From positions 15,934,001-15,998,000 of the forward strand of contig CM022677.1 of NCBI GenBank assembly GCA_012295275.1: a DNA stretch of 64,000 bases. The letters run 5' to 3'. The stretch comes from Chrysomallon squamiferum (taxonomy: Eukaryota; Animalia; Mollusca). Positions 28,087 to 42,809 of the stretch are shown one piece after another. The notes below the pieces were generated by a model. It was not told where the DNA came from. It saw only the letters and a program-made list of their open reading frames with translations, and made no database searches. Position 1 is the first letter of the stretch. Each line of letters opens with the position of its first letter. A program made the position numbers and the translations under genes.

Positions 28087-28509
28087 AACAATATTTTACG
28101 ATTTGGGTTTGTAGCAGAACAATTTAATATGTGTGACGGTAACTAGGTTCTCACAACGAGAACTTCTTCATTAACTGTATTGAAATGACGTCAAAATATA
28201 TTTCACTTAAGACTTTTCTAGAGGTCTATTATTATTATTTATTTTTATTTTTGTTGTTAAAATTTCTTTCTTTTTATTTTTTCCTCCCTTTATTTTTTTT
28301 TTCGAAGCATGTTTTAGAGTTTGTTTTTATTTTTTATTCTTCTTTTCTTTTCATTCATTACTGAAAACTTAATTTGTAATACATCTGTTTCAACAATTTG
28401 ATGCAGTTCAGAATGTACGTTTATTATTTATCAGATTTTGTTTTATGGTAGTAAAATACGTTTTCAGCACTAATCTTCATTAGGATTAAGGCCGCCATGT
28501 AATTTACTG

Positions 28510-28552
<43 letters not shown>

Positions 28553-28771
28553 TGCGCGCGTTATATGTTACGTACATTTTCTATTATTTATTTCCATGTC
28601 TCCTTAACTAATAACACATTTTCTTGTAGGACGGTATTACTTCGTTCTCATGTTTTGTAATGTATATAAAGAAATTCAAAACTGTATTATAAATTATTTT
28701 TTTCTTTATTCCCACATATATAACAATTCACCTGTATGTGTGCGTGTATATTTTAACTATCATTACTATTA

Positions 28772-30130
28772 TTAAATAATCCAGTCATCTATATTATTTG
28801 CAAATGAGTTGCTATTTTGCGTATTTTCCTTTGTGTTGTAACCATGTACACGATCCAAGAATAGCTTTTCATTGTTATTGATCTTTTCTTTTGCACTTAG
28901 TGTTTTCTTTGTGACGTTAGAATACGGGTATAATTTCACAGCTGAACTTTTTGTTCTTGAAACACGTGTAGTTTTGTCGTTATTTTTATCACTGTCTTTT
29001 GAATGGAGGACTGTAGCTTTAGCAGAATTATCTTCTGGTGGTTTTTCTTGAGCTTTGTGACCAAGCTGTCGTTTTTCAGACAGTTGTTCTTCTCTGGGAA
29101 CAGACGAATTATTTATATTTTTTAAAATTACACCAATTTCTTTTCTAGAATTGTCCTCGTGTTTAGAAACTCTACTAGCCTCCTTTTCTTTTGTCGAAAT
29201 ATAGTTCTTAGAAATGTTTTCCGTTTTTGTCAATGAATTGTTCTGTCTAGTACCAACTGGTAACTTTCTGTTATGATTTTTTGATGTGGCTGATAATTGA
29301 TGACTTTTCTTTGAAGCAGTGTTTGTATTTTCGTTATCACGACGTTTGGTGGAATCGTGAATGTTGTTGCGTTTGGTGGAATTTTGTATTTTGTTCAAAG
29401 TTACGTTAAGTTTTTCTAATTTAACAGCAGAATGGTTTAAATGTGTTTTAGTCAAGTTATTCTGTTTTCCATTCCGTTTGTCCTTTCCTTCGAGACTGAG
29501 GTGTGTTTTTAACAAAGGATAATTCAGTTCTGTGTGAAACTGCTTCTCTCCACTCAAGTTATGTTTGCTTATATCACTAGATCTCGTTATCGCCGTCTCC
29601 GAATGATTTGACGTCCGAGATAGTCCTCGGCTATGATCGAATCTCACTTTACGATTTTTGCCCGATTCCAATTTACGATCTTTACCGAAGTGTGCTTTAT
29701 GATCTTTGTTGAATTCTGATACACTGATTTTGTCAAACTGTTGTTTTCGGTTTTTCTGTAATTCTAATTTACGTTTTTTACCTAATTCTAATTTACGGCT
29801 TTTGCCGAATTCTGATTTACGATCTTTGCCGAATTCCGATTTACGATCACTGCCGAATTTTAACGTACTGTTTTTGCTAGGCGCCGTTTTTCGTAAGGAA
29901 CCAATTCGCGCAGTCGAATTTCGAGTGACTGCGATATTTCTTTTGATACGAAGCGGATCATCAACCATTGAAATAATGTTTTGTAAACGTGGAGAATTCT
30001 TCACAATTCCGAAAGACGTGAAAACGATTACAACAGAAACCGAAAAAATAATCACAAAGAAGAAACCTTTCATTCCTTCGACTGGCATGTTGCAGATAGG
30101 TCGACAGACAGACAGAAGGAACGTTAGCAT
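28772..30130 (-). CDS. Uncharacterised 452-aa protein: N-terminal TM/signal anchor, nine 8-aa repeats, K/S/N-rich low-complexity tail
   Basis: 1359-nt uninterrupted ORF in very AT-rich DNA; hydrophobic FFFVIIFSVSVVIVFTSFGIV; repeats KSEFGKDR/KSEFGKSR/KLELGKKR/KLELQKNR..; no domain that I recognise. True start may be M1, M15 or M20. Confidence 0.72.
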   Translation of the reverse strand: MLTFLLSVCRPICNMPVEGMKGFFFVIIFSVSVVIVFTSFGIVKNSPRLQNIISMVDDPLRIKRNIAVTRNSTARIGSLRKTAPSKNSTLKFGSDRKSEFGKDRKSEFGKSRKLELGKKRKLELQKNRKQQFDKISVSEFNKDHKAHFGKDRKLESGKNRKVRFDHSRGLSRTSNHSETAITRSSDISKHNLSGEKQFHTELNYPLLKTHLSLEGKDKRNGKQNNLTKTHLNHSAVKLEKLNVTLNKIQNSTKRNNIHDSTKRRDNENTNTASKKSHQLSATSKNHNRKLPVGTRQNNSLTKTENISKNYISTKEKEASRVSKHEDNSRKEIGVILKNINNSSVPREEQLSEKRQLGHKAQEKPPEDNSAKATVLHSKDSDKNNDKTTRVSRTKSSAVKLYPYSNVTKKTLSAKEKINNNEKLFLDRVHGYNTKENTQNSNSFANNIDDWII

Positions 30131-30294
30131 TTGGAATCTGTTAGCAGCATCAAAGTGACATGTAGATGGTATCAGCAGTGCAGAATATACATTTCTTTAG
30201 GAACATGTCAGATAAATCACGTCATGAAGATGAAATTACTGATGGAAAAATCCCCGTTGCTTAGTAACACAATATAATTCTTCTTCTTTTCTTT

Positions 30295-30332
<38 letters not shown>

Positions 30333-33274
30333 TTGGGTTTATTATTTAGATATATACGTGATATAACTAAAATGACGTTTGAGATTTGGAATTCATTTAC
30401 AAGATGACACTAACATCGGACTCGTATTTGTCTAGCTTTGATTATTTCAGTATTTTGTTTTACAGCTCCGTCCTTCGTGCGATGTCACACGTACTGCACT
30501 GACGTGGCTGCAGTTGCTGTTGTTGTTGAGCTTGTCGGAGTACTTCCTTTAGTTATCTGTGTTGCTAATGTTTATCATTTCAGTCACAGTTTAAGTAAAT
30601 TATATATTCTTTTAACAGCAGTTCTCTCAGTATAACATAATTGCAGATTTAAATGTAAATGATAACAGCTGCTGTTGTTGTTGTTGTCCTTGTCGCTGCT
30701 GGAATTTAAATATATATCTCCAGAAAGCCACAAACAGAGTCTGAAAATTGTATTTTGTAGAACGAAGGACTAAAATGGTTTCATTAATCGATGAATGGAA
30801 TTTCACTCACGTATAACATAATATTGAAATTACCCTTCAGTTGCAGTATGGAATTCAAAACTCTATCAATGCATTCATCAAGGCAGTTTACGATATCACA
30901 GTTTTCTCTTACCGAAGTATATCAAGTTCAATCGTTCGTGACAGCATGAAAGGATTTCTTCATATCTGGGCAGCTTTTATAACAGAGTATTTTATAATCT
31001 GTCCGTCTGCTATATTAACGTGAATATCACCCAGTACAATATGTCTTCTATACAAGGCCACTACAAGTTAAATGTTTGTGTAGTTGCTATTATTATTTTA
31101 TTTATTTTATTATTATTATTATTTTTTTTTTTTTATGTTACACTCTTGCTTCTTGATTTCAGTAACATTGTTATTAGTATTTCTTACTAAATCTTATTAT
31201 TAGTGTTTACTTTCTTCAGCATATTTCGTTCTTTCTTCCCTTTTTATTTATTTTTTTTTTTTTTTCCGCTTGAGGGTATATTCTCCTTTCTCTGTCACTC
31301 TGAATTACGCCATCTTTTTCTTTCTTAGTTTTTAATATGTAGTTATATATCACGCTTATTCTTCTTTCTGCATATCTTCTCTTTGCTGCTCTTGAAATTA
31401 TTTGTATTAATTTCTGTCCTCTTATAAACTCTTTAAAACACTCAGTCTTAGATTTTCAGGTGAAGCGTGGTGGCACGCCAGAAGGGAAAACGAGATTGTA
31501 TTTCCATTAAATGTAGTTCTTCCGAGGTCAAGGTCATTAGAAACAGGTCGCCGCATCAGCTCGTGAGATCACTGCATCTTGTCTTGGTTGTGCTGTGAAA
31601 CAAAAATAAAAGTAAAATAAATATAAAATAAAACTATAATGAAGACACAGACACAGCACGCAGAATGAACATAAATAAATATACCTGTATTACGACCTGT
31701 ATCCTGGAACACGTTTAAATATGCACAAATGAAATGCAGCAAAATTACATGTACGACATGCAGACATACATATATGTATAAATATCAATACAAATATAAA
31801 CTATATACTGTCAAGAGAAAAAGTGAAAAAAAAAAAAAAAATCCCTTTATACGCAGCAAACATAAGACAAATTTGGATACCCAGATACCTTGCACAAAAC
31901 TATGAGGTGTGCGTTATCGTCTTTTTATTTGTGCCTGTGCACAGTATACGTATATTGACATTACATCCATTTACATGACTCACAATACACCTTTTAACAT
32001 CCAGTTCAATTAATATAGGTTACCTGAAACATATAAATAATGCATATGGGAGTCATTGTGTATATGTACAAAGCTTATATCTTTCTTCTGTTTTTTTTTT
32101 TTTTTCTATACATTTATGTTTACTTGTCATACCGCCACACACGCTTCAGTAAGTAACATCTATTGCTACGAATATGGGCCGTTGAAATGACGAAAGGGGG
32201 AAAATGTGATTAAGTATGGTACTCGTTTTTTTCGCCTAGCTTTGTTACAAGCTTATTGTGTGCTTCGTGAAGGCACAAAGAAATTTTTGTTAGTCATATC
32301 GTCCATGAGATAGAGAAGCCTGATAAACATTTTTTTTTTTTTACATGAACATTGAGGTATAAATATTTTGGTGTTATTAAGTTTTTTGCGCTCGCTATGG
32401 ATTTCTCCTAATAAACTTAAATTAAAAATAATTTTGTTCAAACTTGTGAATCTGTGGCAAGAAATAACATTTTCAGTCAGAAAAAATAAATATATATATA
32501 AATAATAATAATAAGAATAAGAAGAAGGAGAAAAAGAAGAAGAACAAGAACAAGAAGAAGATGAAGAAGAAGAAGAATATCCTAATACGTCATTTTCCAT
32601 TATTCAAAGCCATAATAAATAAATAAGTAAATAAACAACTCTCAGTTTCAACAACTGTTTTGAAATGGTAACTAATCAAATCCCTAACTGATTCAGAATG
32701 TGAGAAACTAGTGTTAAAATTATTAGGTTTTTTTTTAAATCATTGTATTTAAATACGTGTAGCATCAAATATTATTATTATCTTTTGTTTTAATTGATCA
32801 GCTGCCTTTTTAAGAAAACGTGTTCATGTTTATGTTGACTCAGTTTAAGAGATTAATTATTTTGTCAGTTTCTTTTTATTTAAAACCACTAATGACTGTC
32901 ATATTTTAATTAAATTTTATTGTATTTTACTTTATTATATTCTTCTTGTTATTTTTTAATTACTGTTGCTGCTCTTGTTACAACTACTACTGTTACTAAT
33001 AGTTTTAATTTATTTATTTATCTGTTTCTGTTTGTTTCTTTGTTTCTTTGTTTCTTTATTTCTTTATTTCTTTATTTCTTTATTTCTTTATTATTACATC
33101 TAAAATAGTAGTGTTACTGTTTTTTAATTATCTTTGTTATTTGTTCTGGTTTTTGTTCCTCATTGTTCTACTATTTGTTCTTATTACATTTAAACATAAA
33201 AAAATTAACGGAATAATCACCCTGTTGTTTGTTATTATTACAATCATCATTTATCAGAGTGTACACTTTTGTGA

Positions 33275-33383
<109 letters not shown>

Positions 33384-34404
33384 GTGTTTATTATCTCTTC
33401 ACTATTTGCACAACCAAAAGTCCAAACAGATTAAAAAATAAAATAAAATAAAATAAAATAAAATAAACAACAACAGCAACAAAATAAATAGATGAAGAAA
33501 GAAAGAAAGAAACATTAAAAATAAAGAAAGAAAAAAAAAAAAAAAGATAAAAAAACTTTTGAATGAAATAAAGAAAGAAAGAAATATTAAAAATACAGAA
33601 AGAAAATAAAATAAAGAAAATAAAAAAAAAACTTTTGAACTGAAGTGTTTGTTGATATATCTGTGTATCTTAAAGGAAAAGTGTTATTCAGAAATAACAG
33701 TTATTTTGGGGATATAAAATAATTAATACTGGATATGCAATGTATTACTTTTTATTTTAGCATTCCCCACTTCGCATATTAGGCTGAAGGTGCATTTCGC
33801 GATGCTAATGCACTTCTAATTAAGAAGCAAAAAAAACCCACCCAAAACCACATCAAATCCAGTTTTCACATTAAAAGTTAACGTTTGTTCAATATCAAAA
33901 TGTCATGTTGCTTGATTAATTTGTTTTTAAACAACGAAGGCAATCATTATTATTCAGAAACACTTCATAACATTGATTTAAAAAGTAATATAAATTATTT
34001 CAGTGTGTGGGGGGTCTGCCGAATTTTATAACATCATCAAAGGAGTCGTTTAGATGAAAAGTTTGTCGACCACTGATTTACAGCTTTTAACAAAAACAGA
34101 TAATCCTACCAACAACATAAATTATATCAACGAAGACAGTTATGTGCAATATACGTCTTTCAGTGAAAAACGGCAAACAAAAGCACGTAAATAGGAACAT
34201 TGTAGTAGTTACTACTAAAACAGTAGCTATAGTAGTTAATAGTAGTAGTAGTAGCTATAGTAGTTAGTAGGAATAGTAGTAGTAGTAGTAGTTAGTAGTA
34301 GTAGTAAGAAGAAGAGTATTAATAATAGCAGTTAATAGTAAAAAGAAGAAGGGTATTAATAATGGTCGTAGTAGCAGCAGTAGGTATAGTAGTTAGTAGA
34401 AATA

Positions 34405-35111
34405 CAGTATACCCTCACCTATTCGCGGTTCCCCATTCGCGGCCCCGCATATTCGCGGGTTAGGCTCTTAACCATATCGCATCGTATGCTGGTATACCAG
34501 GCTAGCGTCATAACGTCATAAAAACAAATGCTCGGTAAACCGCACAAACAATATCAAATTTTTTCAATTATTATTGCAATACAGTACGTATTTTTTTTAT
34601 AAATGCATACACTGTATATACAGTGCATATTTTTTGTGACCGTGTATTAATAATGTTTTTAATTGCATATTATTACCTGAACTGTGCGTACTGTATTTAT
34701 CTGTCTGTTTTGCCTTTAAATTTGTTCCACTTTCTGTCAATTCTAATACCTATGTTGTACGCATAGAAAATGACTTTACGGTGCACTAATACTGTATGGG
34801 TAACTATGCTATGCGGTGTTACTGTCCTCGTGTACTTACGTTTCTTTCTGATTTAAAATATTGTTTCAGTACAAAATTAAAATGTGTTTACATTATCATT
34901 ACTACATTAGTGAAATACATAACTGCATGCAATATTACTACATTGTTACTGTATTAATGAGTAAGAGTGTCTTTAGAAAGTGTTTGGGAAGCATTTAGTA
35001 CCGTATATAATCTCATAATAGACGTTTTAAAACTGCATCCAATATTCGCGGTTTTTCGCTATTCGCTGGGGGGTAAAGAACGTAACCCCCGCGAATAGCG
35101 AGGGAATACTG
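34405..35111. mobile_element. Non-autonomous pogo/Tigger-like DNA transposon (MITE, 707 bp)
   Basis: TA|CAGTATACCCTCACCTATTCGCGG ... CCGCGAATAGCGAGGGAATACTG|TA: ~23-bp TIRs starting CAGT, TA target duplication, repeated subterminal ATTCGCG motifs, no ORF; inserted in a degenerate (TAG)n tract. Confidence 0.9.
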
Positions 35112-35911
35112 TAGTAGTAGTAGTTGTAGTAGTTAGTAGTAGAAAGAAGAAGAGTATTAATAACAGTGGTAGTAGTAGCAGAGGTAGATATAGTAGTTAG
35201 TAGTAACAGTAGTAGCATCAGTAGCTATAATAGTAGGAACAGCAGTAGTAGTAATTAGTAGTAGGAATAGTAGTAGTAGTAATTAGTAGTAGGAATAGTA
35301 GTAGTAGTAATTTGTAGTAGTAAGAAGAGTATTAATAATAGTAGTAGTTAGTAGTAACAGTATTAGCAGCAGTAACTATAGTAGTTAGTTGGAATAATAG
35401 TAGTAGTAGTAGTTTAGTAAGAAGAGTTTTAATAATAGTGTTAGTAGTAGCTTCAGTTGTAGCAGTAGTAATAGTAAAATAATCCAAGCAGGAGTAGTAG
35501 TATGTGTTGTAAATGATGTATAAGAAGTAGTAGCAGTTTTAAATTTTAGTTTTAGTACGATGTTGTAGTGCAAGCAGCAGTCGCTCAGTTATTTTTTTAT
35601 GTGAAGTCTGTTTAATTGTCTGTATTAAATAAATATGGGATGAATGTGAGAAAATAATCAATAAAAAAAGGCGAAAATAATTAGCTATTTAATTTAGAAT
35701 AATACAGTTTTGGGGAAAAAATAAATGAAATAAAACCGAAGTGAAAATAATGTTTTAATAGGCTATTGGTTTTTCTTTGTCGAATAAAAACAATTAAATG
35801 AAATGTTAATCGGAAAGTTATTTTATTTTTATTTTATTTTTTAACGATTACAATTTAAATGTTTTTCGTTATTAACTATAAAAGTATCATATACACGCGC
35901 ATTATTTATCT

Positions 35912-35959
<48 letters not shown>

Positions 35960-36838
35960 AGATAGATGCAGAAAGACAGACAGAACGGGGAAAAAAGAGA
36001 GAGTTACATACATTCACATACAACTAAACATCCAAAAGATATATAAACTATATAACGTCACACACAAACATATATTCGTTATATAGGAATATCGATTTTA
36101 ATAGAAATGTAGCTCACTAAAACGTGATAAACATAGTTCTCTTGTTATAATAATTCAGTATAATCTTTATTCCTTCACAAGCATGGCTATATATGCACCC
36201 TACATACACATACACAGATATAAAACCTTCTTAACAAAAGAGCAACAAACATTCTGAATTAATGATATAGTCAGGATCGGGTGGGTCAACAGTTGTTTTA
36301 TTTTACACTGAAAGGTATTGATATCAGACGTTCTTTCGTTTCTTTTCTTCCGCGTTCCAAAAACATTTTAAAACGGTTTCATGTTACTTAGAAGAAGAAA
36401 ATGGGGCTGAAATACAAGATAACTGAGCGAATAGTAACAGATACACTGGTAGTATTGTAAAAGGTTGTCCGTAAAAAAAAAAAAAAAAAAAAAAAAATGA
36501 GTTCGAGCAATAAAAATGGACAAAATAAATAGAAATACTGGTATGAAAGAGACCTGTTTAATCAGTCCTAATAAATAAATAAATAAAATTAATAAATAAG
36601 GATTAAAGGAAATAAATATAGGAGACAGGAAAAATTAATACACAAAGTGATTAGAGTAGATAATAGTAATTTAAACACAAGTAAAGAGTTACAAGAAAAC
36701 AAATGTCTTGTTGTTAGCAAACAGAAGTTAACACCTCCATAAAAAAAAAAAAAAAAAAAATAAAAATTCCTAAATTAAAATAATATAATATAATGTACAG
36801 AAATTAAGGCAAAAGCGAGAATACTTAGCTGATATACA

Positions 36839-36992
<154 letters not shown>

Positions 36993-37456
36993 TCTAACCC
37001 ACTAATACATTCAACTGATTTTTACGTCTTGACAAACCACGTACCTATAACACAACAACAACAGAAACACACTATCAGAACTCGGGTGAAATAAACACAG
37101 AATAGCAAAACATCCCGCTACATATAAAAACAAACCATTAATATTTAACTCACCGGTAAAGGAAAAAATTATAAACAAAACAAGCGATTTCACATGACTC
37201 CACTCGTTAACTCAAACACTTCCGTGTACCTCCGATTACACATGTCCGATCATATCCGACAAACAAACAGTTCGGTTTAAAGAGGCAAGATTTTCCTTAA
37301 CAAATCGTGTAGTTCACGAATAAGGTCCTACGTTCACTTTTAAGGTTGTCTTCTCAGTAAAATCGATTCTTCCCGTAGTGAACGTAAGCTAGTATATTTA
37401 TTATACATGCAGTATAATGCTGTTAATAAATCGACTGCAACCTCTGACCCGTGACC

Positions 37457-37470
37457 GTAGCCATGGAAAC
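37457..37470. promoter_or_regulatory. RFX X-box motif in a CpG-enriched promoter-like patch
   Basis: GTAGCCATGGAAAC matches the X-box consensus GTHNYY-AT-RRNAAC; strong minus-strand donor CCG|GTGAGT at 37154 about 300 nt away. Confidence 0.5.
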
Positions 37471-38216
37471 ACTGCGGGCCGTCAAACGGGTGGCTGCGTC
37501 GGTGTGTGAACAGTAGCGGTTCTCGCGTCCTAAAATATACTAAGATATATATATGTATGTATATATATAAGTTTGTATAAGTCTAATTAGTGTTGTTGTC
37601 GTTTGTGTCCTTGCTGTATTATTATTATAATTATAATTATTATTATTGTTAATGTTATTGTTATTGTTATTGTTATTGTTATTATTATTATCATTATTAT
37701 TATTATTATTGTTATGTTGTTATTGTTGTTTGTGTCAACGTTACTGCTGTATTATTAGTATTATTGTTGTTGTTGTTTGGGTCACTGTTATTGCTGTATT
37801 ATTATTATTATTATTATTATTATTTTTTTATTATTATTACTGTTGTCGTTATTACAGCTATTATATAATTATTACTGTTGTTGCTGGTGTTGTTGTTGTC
37901 GTCGTCTGCCGTGTGACAAATGGTGCAGCGACGGCTTCACAGTTTATGACCCTCTTTAGGTGAAAATCGTGCTGTGTTTGTTTGTCGTTTGTTTTCCCTC
38001 TGTTTACAATCGCGTTTTCATCACTCACCTTAAATACTATATCAAGATACTGTTAATATAATCTCGTTTTTTTGTTTTTTCTGCTTTTTTTTTTTTTTTT
38101 TTTTTGTAAGTTGAATTTTAAAGTCCTTTTGTTGAGATAATGGTTATGTTAACCTAGTTTTAACCCAGTTTTAACATTTGTTGTTGTTATTATTATTACC
38201 ATTACTACTACTACTA

Positions 38217-38288
<72 letters not shown>

Positions 38289-38439
38289 TTATTATTTTTA
38301 TTTATTTATTTATCTTTTTTAATACTGTTCTTTTCGACGCACTCAACAGTTTGTTTAATTACAGGTACATAGTATGATGTAAGATCGAATGTTCTCGGCA
38401 AACCCATTGTGAACTTCGCGAGTGGATTATGGATATTAT

Positions 38440-38493
<54 letters not shown>

Positions 38494-38650
38494 AATAAAT
38501 AAATAAATGAATAAAATTAATGTCCACGTGTGTGTCTCGTGCTCTCATTGATGCATAACAACTGATAAAAAACGTCTGTCTACCGATAAACCACAGTGTT
38601 AATGGAAATATAAGTAGGTATTGATGTATGCATCAGTTTGAAACAGTTTA

Positions 38651-38723
<73 letters not shown>

Positions 38724-39201
38724 TTGTATATCAGCTAAACATTCAAGCCTTTACCTACTTGCTGATTTAGTTTCTCTATTATATTATATTATATTATATT
38801 ATATTATATTATATTATATTATATTATATTATATTACATTATATTATATCACATCACATCACGTTACATTATATTGCATTCTATTATTATGTGTTATTTT
38901 GGAAATACTCTTACCTAACGTAGAATCCGCCCATGGCATTTCCTGTTTTTATCCAGATTGAAGTATGAAATGACACGTCTCTACGAAAGACCTGTTGCTG
39001 ACAATGGAAAAACAGAAGTTTCCTCTTAACTCTTATGTGCAAATTATCAAAATTATGAGGCCATGGTAACCGATAATGCTTGTTGTTAAATAACTGACAA
39101 TAAAGTTAGCAACACTTAATAAACAAAAAATAATAATAATAATAACATAAATAAATAAATAAACAAAAAAAAATAATAACAATATAAAATAAATAAATAA
39201 A

Positions 39202-39234
<33 letters not shown>

Positions 39235-40101
39235 TAATAATAAAATAATAATAATTAATTTAAAAATAAATAAAAATAATAAATAAATAAATAATAATAA
39301 TAATAAAAAATAAATAATAATTTCAATAATTCTAATAAATTAAAAAAAAATGACATTCTTCTATTAAATAAAAATGACATTCTGCAGAAAAAAACTTGGT
39401 ATCCATTTTGCAGTAATATTTTAATGCATGCGTTATGCTTGGACAAACAGACTGATATTTGATACACTGGGGTGCTATTCAACTTGTCGCATGTACTTCG
39501 CACACCATAATCAAACCTCCTCAGACCAGAGTAATATATAGTTGTTGGGTTGTTTTGTGTTGTTTATCTCTGAATCTTTGCTGCTTGACTGGTATAACTA
39601 AAGTTCGCGGACTCATATCAAAACGTCGATGATAACGTCAACATGATGACGATGAAGGTCCATTCTAGTGTGGTTGGGTGTTAAGATGATCAGTCCAAAA
39701 TTTGACCTCATTGAGTTAATATTACTCAGAAAACTTTTCATTTCGTATTTCCTTTGTCTTTGTTCAAATCAACGTTCCTTTTATTAAGCTGAAGCGGACG
39801 TCAAAGACGTAACCTATCTCAGGCGCCAGTGTTGTGTTTTATGTCTTTTTAATGTATATACACATCTTTTAAATCATATTGTCACAGTAAATACGTACTG
39901 AAGTAAAATTTAAAAGATATGTTTGTGAACATTATGATGTTCTATAGTTCAGGAGTCATCCCACAAATATAATATTAACAAAATATATTGGTCATTCTGT
40001 TTCAAATTATATATGGATGGGTGGATGGATGGATGGATGGAAGTATGTGTATATTTTATAAATATCATTGATTAATATAAATAATAATAATAATAATTAA
40101 T

Positions 40102-40141
<40 letters not shown>

Positions 40142-40593
40142 AGTTTTGAATAAAAAACGATAAAAAAAGAAAGAAGAAAACAAATAAAAACAGCTAATAA
40201 AGGACACTGATCAATGGAAAAATCAAATAACTGGAATACAAGATGGTGGTTCTTCTTTACCTCTCTTACATGACGTGTCTCTGAACTGTGTTTAACGAGC
40301 AGTTGGACCTTCAGGTAAAGAAAACCACTGTACTGTGAACCTACTTTTGTCAAGCGAAACAAAAAGCTGTTGAATAAATCAAAGATGCCGCCCTGAGCTA
40401 AAAGGAATCTATTTGCAATCAGCAATGAACAGCTTGAAAAAATTTCATCACATGCACATGTACCATGAGAATATGTTCCACCAAGTCTGTGTGTTGATTC
40501 GATCGAATCTACTTTACACACGATTAATTAACACATATAAAAATATTTTCCACAACAGTGGTATGATCAGAGATGTGTGTGTGTGTGCGCACA

Positions 40594-40631
<38 letters not shown>

Positions 40632-41754
40632 CACAATATAACGTATGTGGATACACGAATACGAACACACATGCACATGCATAAGCATACACAAACACAT
40701 ACATATGTCCAAAATACATGCAAACTTAAACCTACACAAATTACATGATATATCATACAAAAATAAATAAAATAAATAAATGAATAAATAAATAAATTAA
40801 TTAATAATAACAATAATAATAATAATTAAAATACAAATTAAGTGAAAAAAAAAAGTCTAATACACAACAACAAAAAAAAAAAGGTTTTACATAAAGAGTT
40901 TTAATTTTCAATAAATGCAAATTCAACACACATGCTACAAATTTAATTTTAGCTGGAAATCAGAGTTTTGGTAATGCAGAAAAATAATAATAATAATAAT
41001 TAAAATAATAATAATAATAATAAGAAGAAGAAGAAAAATAAATAAATAACTAAATAACAATAAAAAAACAACAAAAAAAACTTAATAAGAATATTCTTAA
41101 TTATTTTTTAAAACACTACTTCATACAACACAAATTATATGATGCATCAGAAAACAAAAAAAAAAAGGAAAACAAATATTAATAATGATGGTGATGATGA
41201 CATTAATTATTAAACATTTTATAATATATATCATCATCATCATCACTATCATCCACATTATCAGTAAGTACTGCATTATATGCAAATCAGTATGTACAAT
41301 CACACTTATAGTTTATTATCTGGACATAGGTATACTTCTATGAAGTCATAAATAAATGTCTTATATACAGTTACACTTAATTCAGATAATAATTAATAAT
41401 CACCATTTTTCTTTAAGTTTTTATAATCCTGCTTACAACATCAAATTTAAATATCTTGACAAAATATATATATATATAAAATAATAATAATAATAATAAA
41501 TACATATTTGAATTAAGTGTGAATGACATATATTTAACTTTGTGAAATCAAAGATAATTTAAATTCACAACAATGTGTAAATAAAAACAGTATATATATA
41601 TATATATATATATATTTTTAAATTAGTTGTGAATTAAATGTATATTTAATTATATACACACATCTAAATGTAACTTCTCACAGAAATAAAATGAAGGAAA
41701 ATTAAATGATAAATAATGAAAAAGAATGTTCTTTCTTGATTGCACACACTTTAA

Positions 41755-41805
<51 letters not shown>

Positions 41806-42042
41806 AACAATACCAAAAATCATGTAATGGTAATAGTAATAGCGGTGGTGGTGGTGATGGTGGTGGTAGTAGTAGTGGTAGTAGTAGTCTAATAATAGTA
41901 GTATAACTGTTTTTATTGCATTAGTAATAAACAAACAGTAACAAAGATGATGATGATGATGATGATGTTAATGATAATAACAATACTACTTCTACTAAAA
42001 GTTGTAGTAGAAATAATAATAATAATAATAATTACAAAAACA

Positions 42043-42078
<36 letters not shown>

Positions 42079-42339
42079 ATACCAAAACCAAAAGCACAAA
42101 CCAAAAACAATAAGATTGAGATTTCCATAATTTAAAAGATGCATTCACAACCAAGAATAATACTTATTAATTCCACAATTTTTTTTTTTTTTTTTTTTTT
42201 ATGAAAAAATGGGCCAAGAGTGATAAACATTCATATCTCATTATCTATAATTATTTATTTTTATTTACATGCCAAAACAGAAGTGATTATTCAATTTTAA
42301 TTATATTTGTTCAAGGGAAAAAAAAAAAAAAAAAAAAAT

Positions 42340-42407
<68 letters not shown>

Positions 42408-42809
42408 TAATACAAAATTTCATGAAGACCCCCTGATAAAATGCACGATTGTTATACATGCATGTTTGTGATAGCCATACACAGATATATAAATATAGAT
42501 ATTCGGATATATAAAGTGTTAAAATTACTATAGAGCTGTCATTTGAAGATGAATAAACTAGTGCATGTTTACAAATACAATACATCTATTTACAGTTCTC
42601 TACCCAATCTGACTGGTGTCAGAAAATTGACATCTGTCATTGTAAGTGAATGAATATAGGGAATATAGGAATATAGGGAATACAGGTCGTTTTGATGAAT
42701 AAGTACAATGAATAATGTGTTCTAAGTTTGCTAGTTTGGTATTACTGATAAAAAAAAAAAAAAAAAATAAATTTTATGACACTGGTTATAAGATTCTGTG
42801 AAGTTTTAA

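Noticed and set aside
29706-30158. 150-aa plus-strand ORF with LPNSDLRS repeats
   Set aside because: Antisense shadow of the 452-aa ORF's 24-bp repeat.
30780-31060. Complex sequence with a VLGDIH string on the minus strand, reminiscent of a LINE endonuclease
   Set aside because: Multiple stops and no further motifs; not enough to call.
40072-40521. 149-aa minus-strand ORF
   Set aside because: Non-ATG start, ends in (TTTC)n/(TAT)n microsatellite translation, no motif; probably a repeat remnant.
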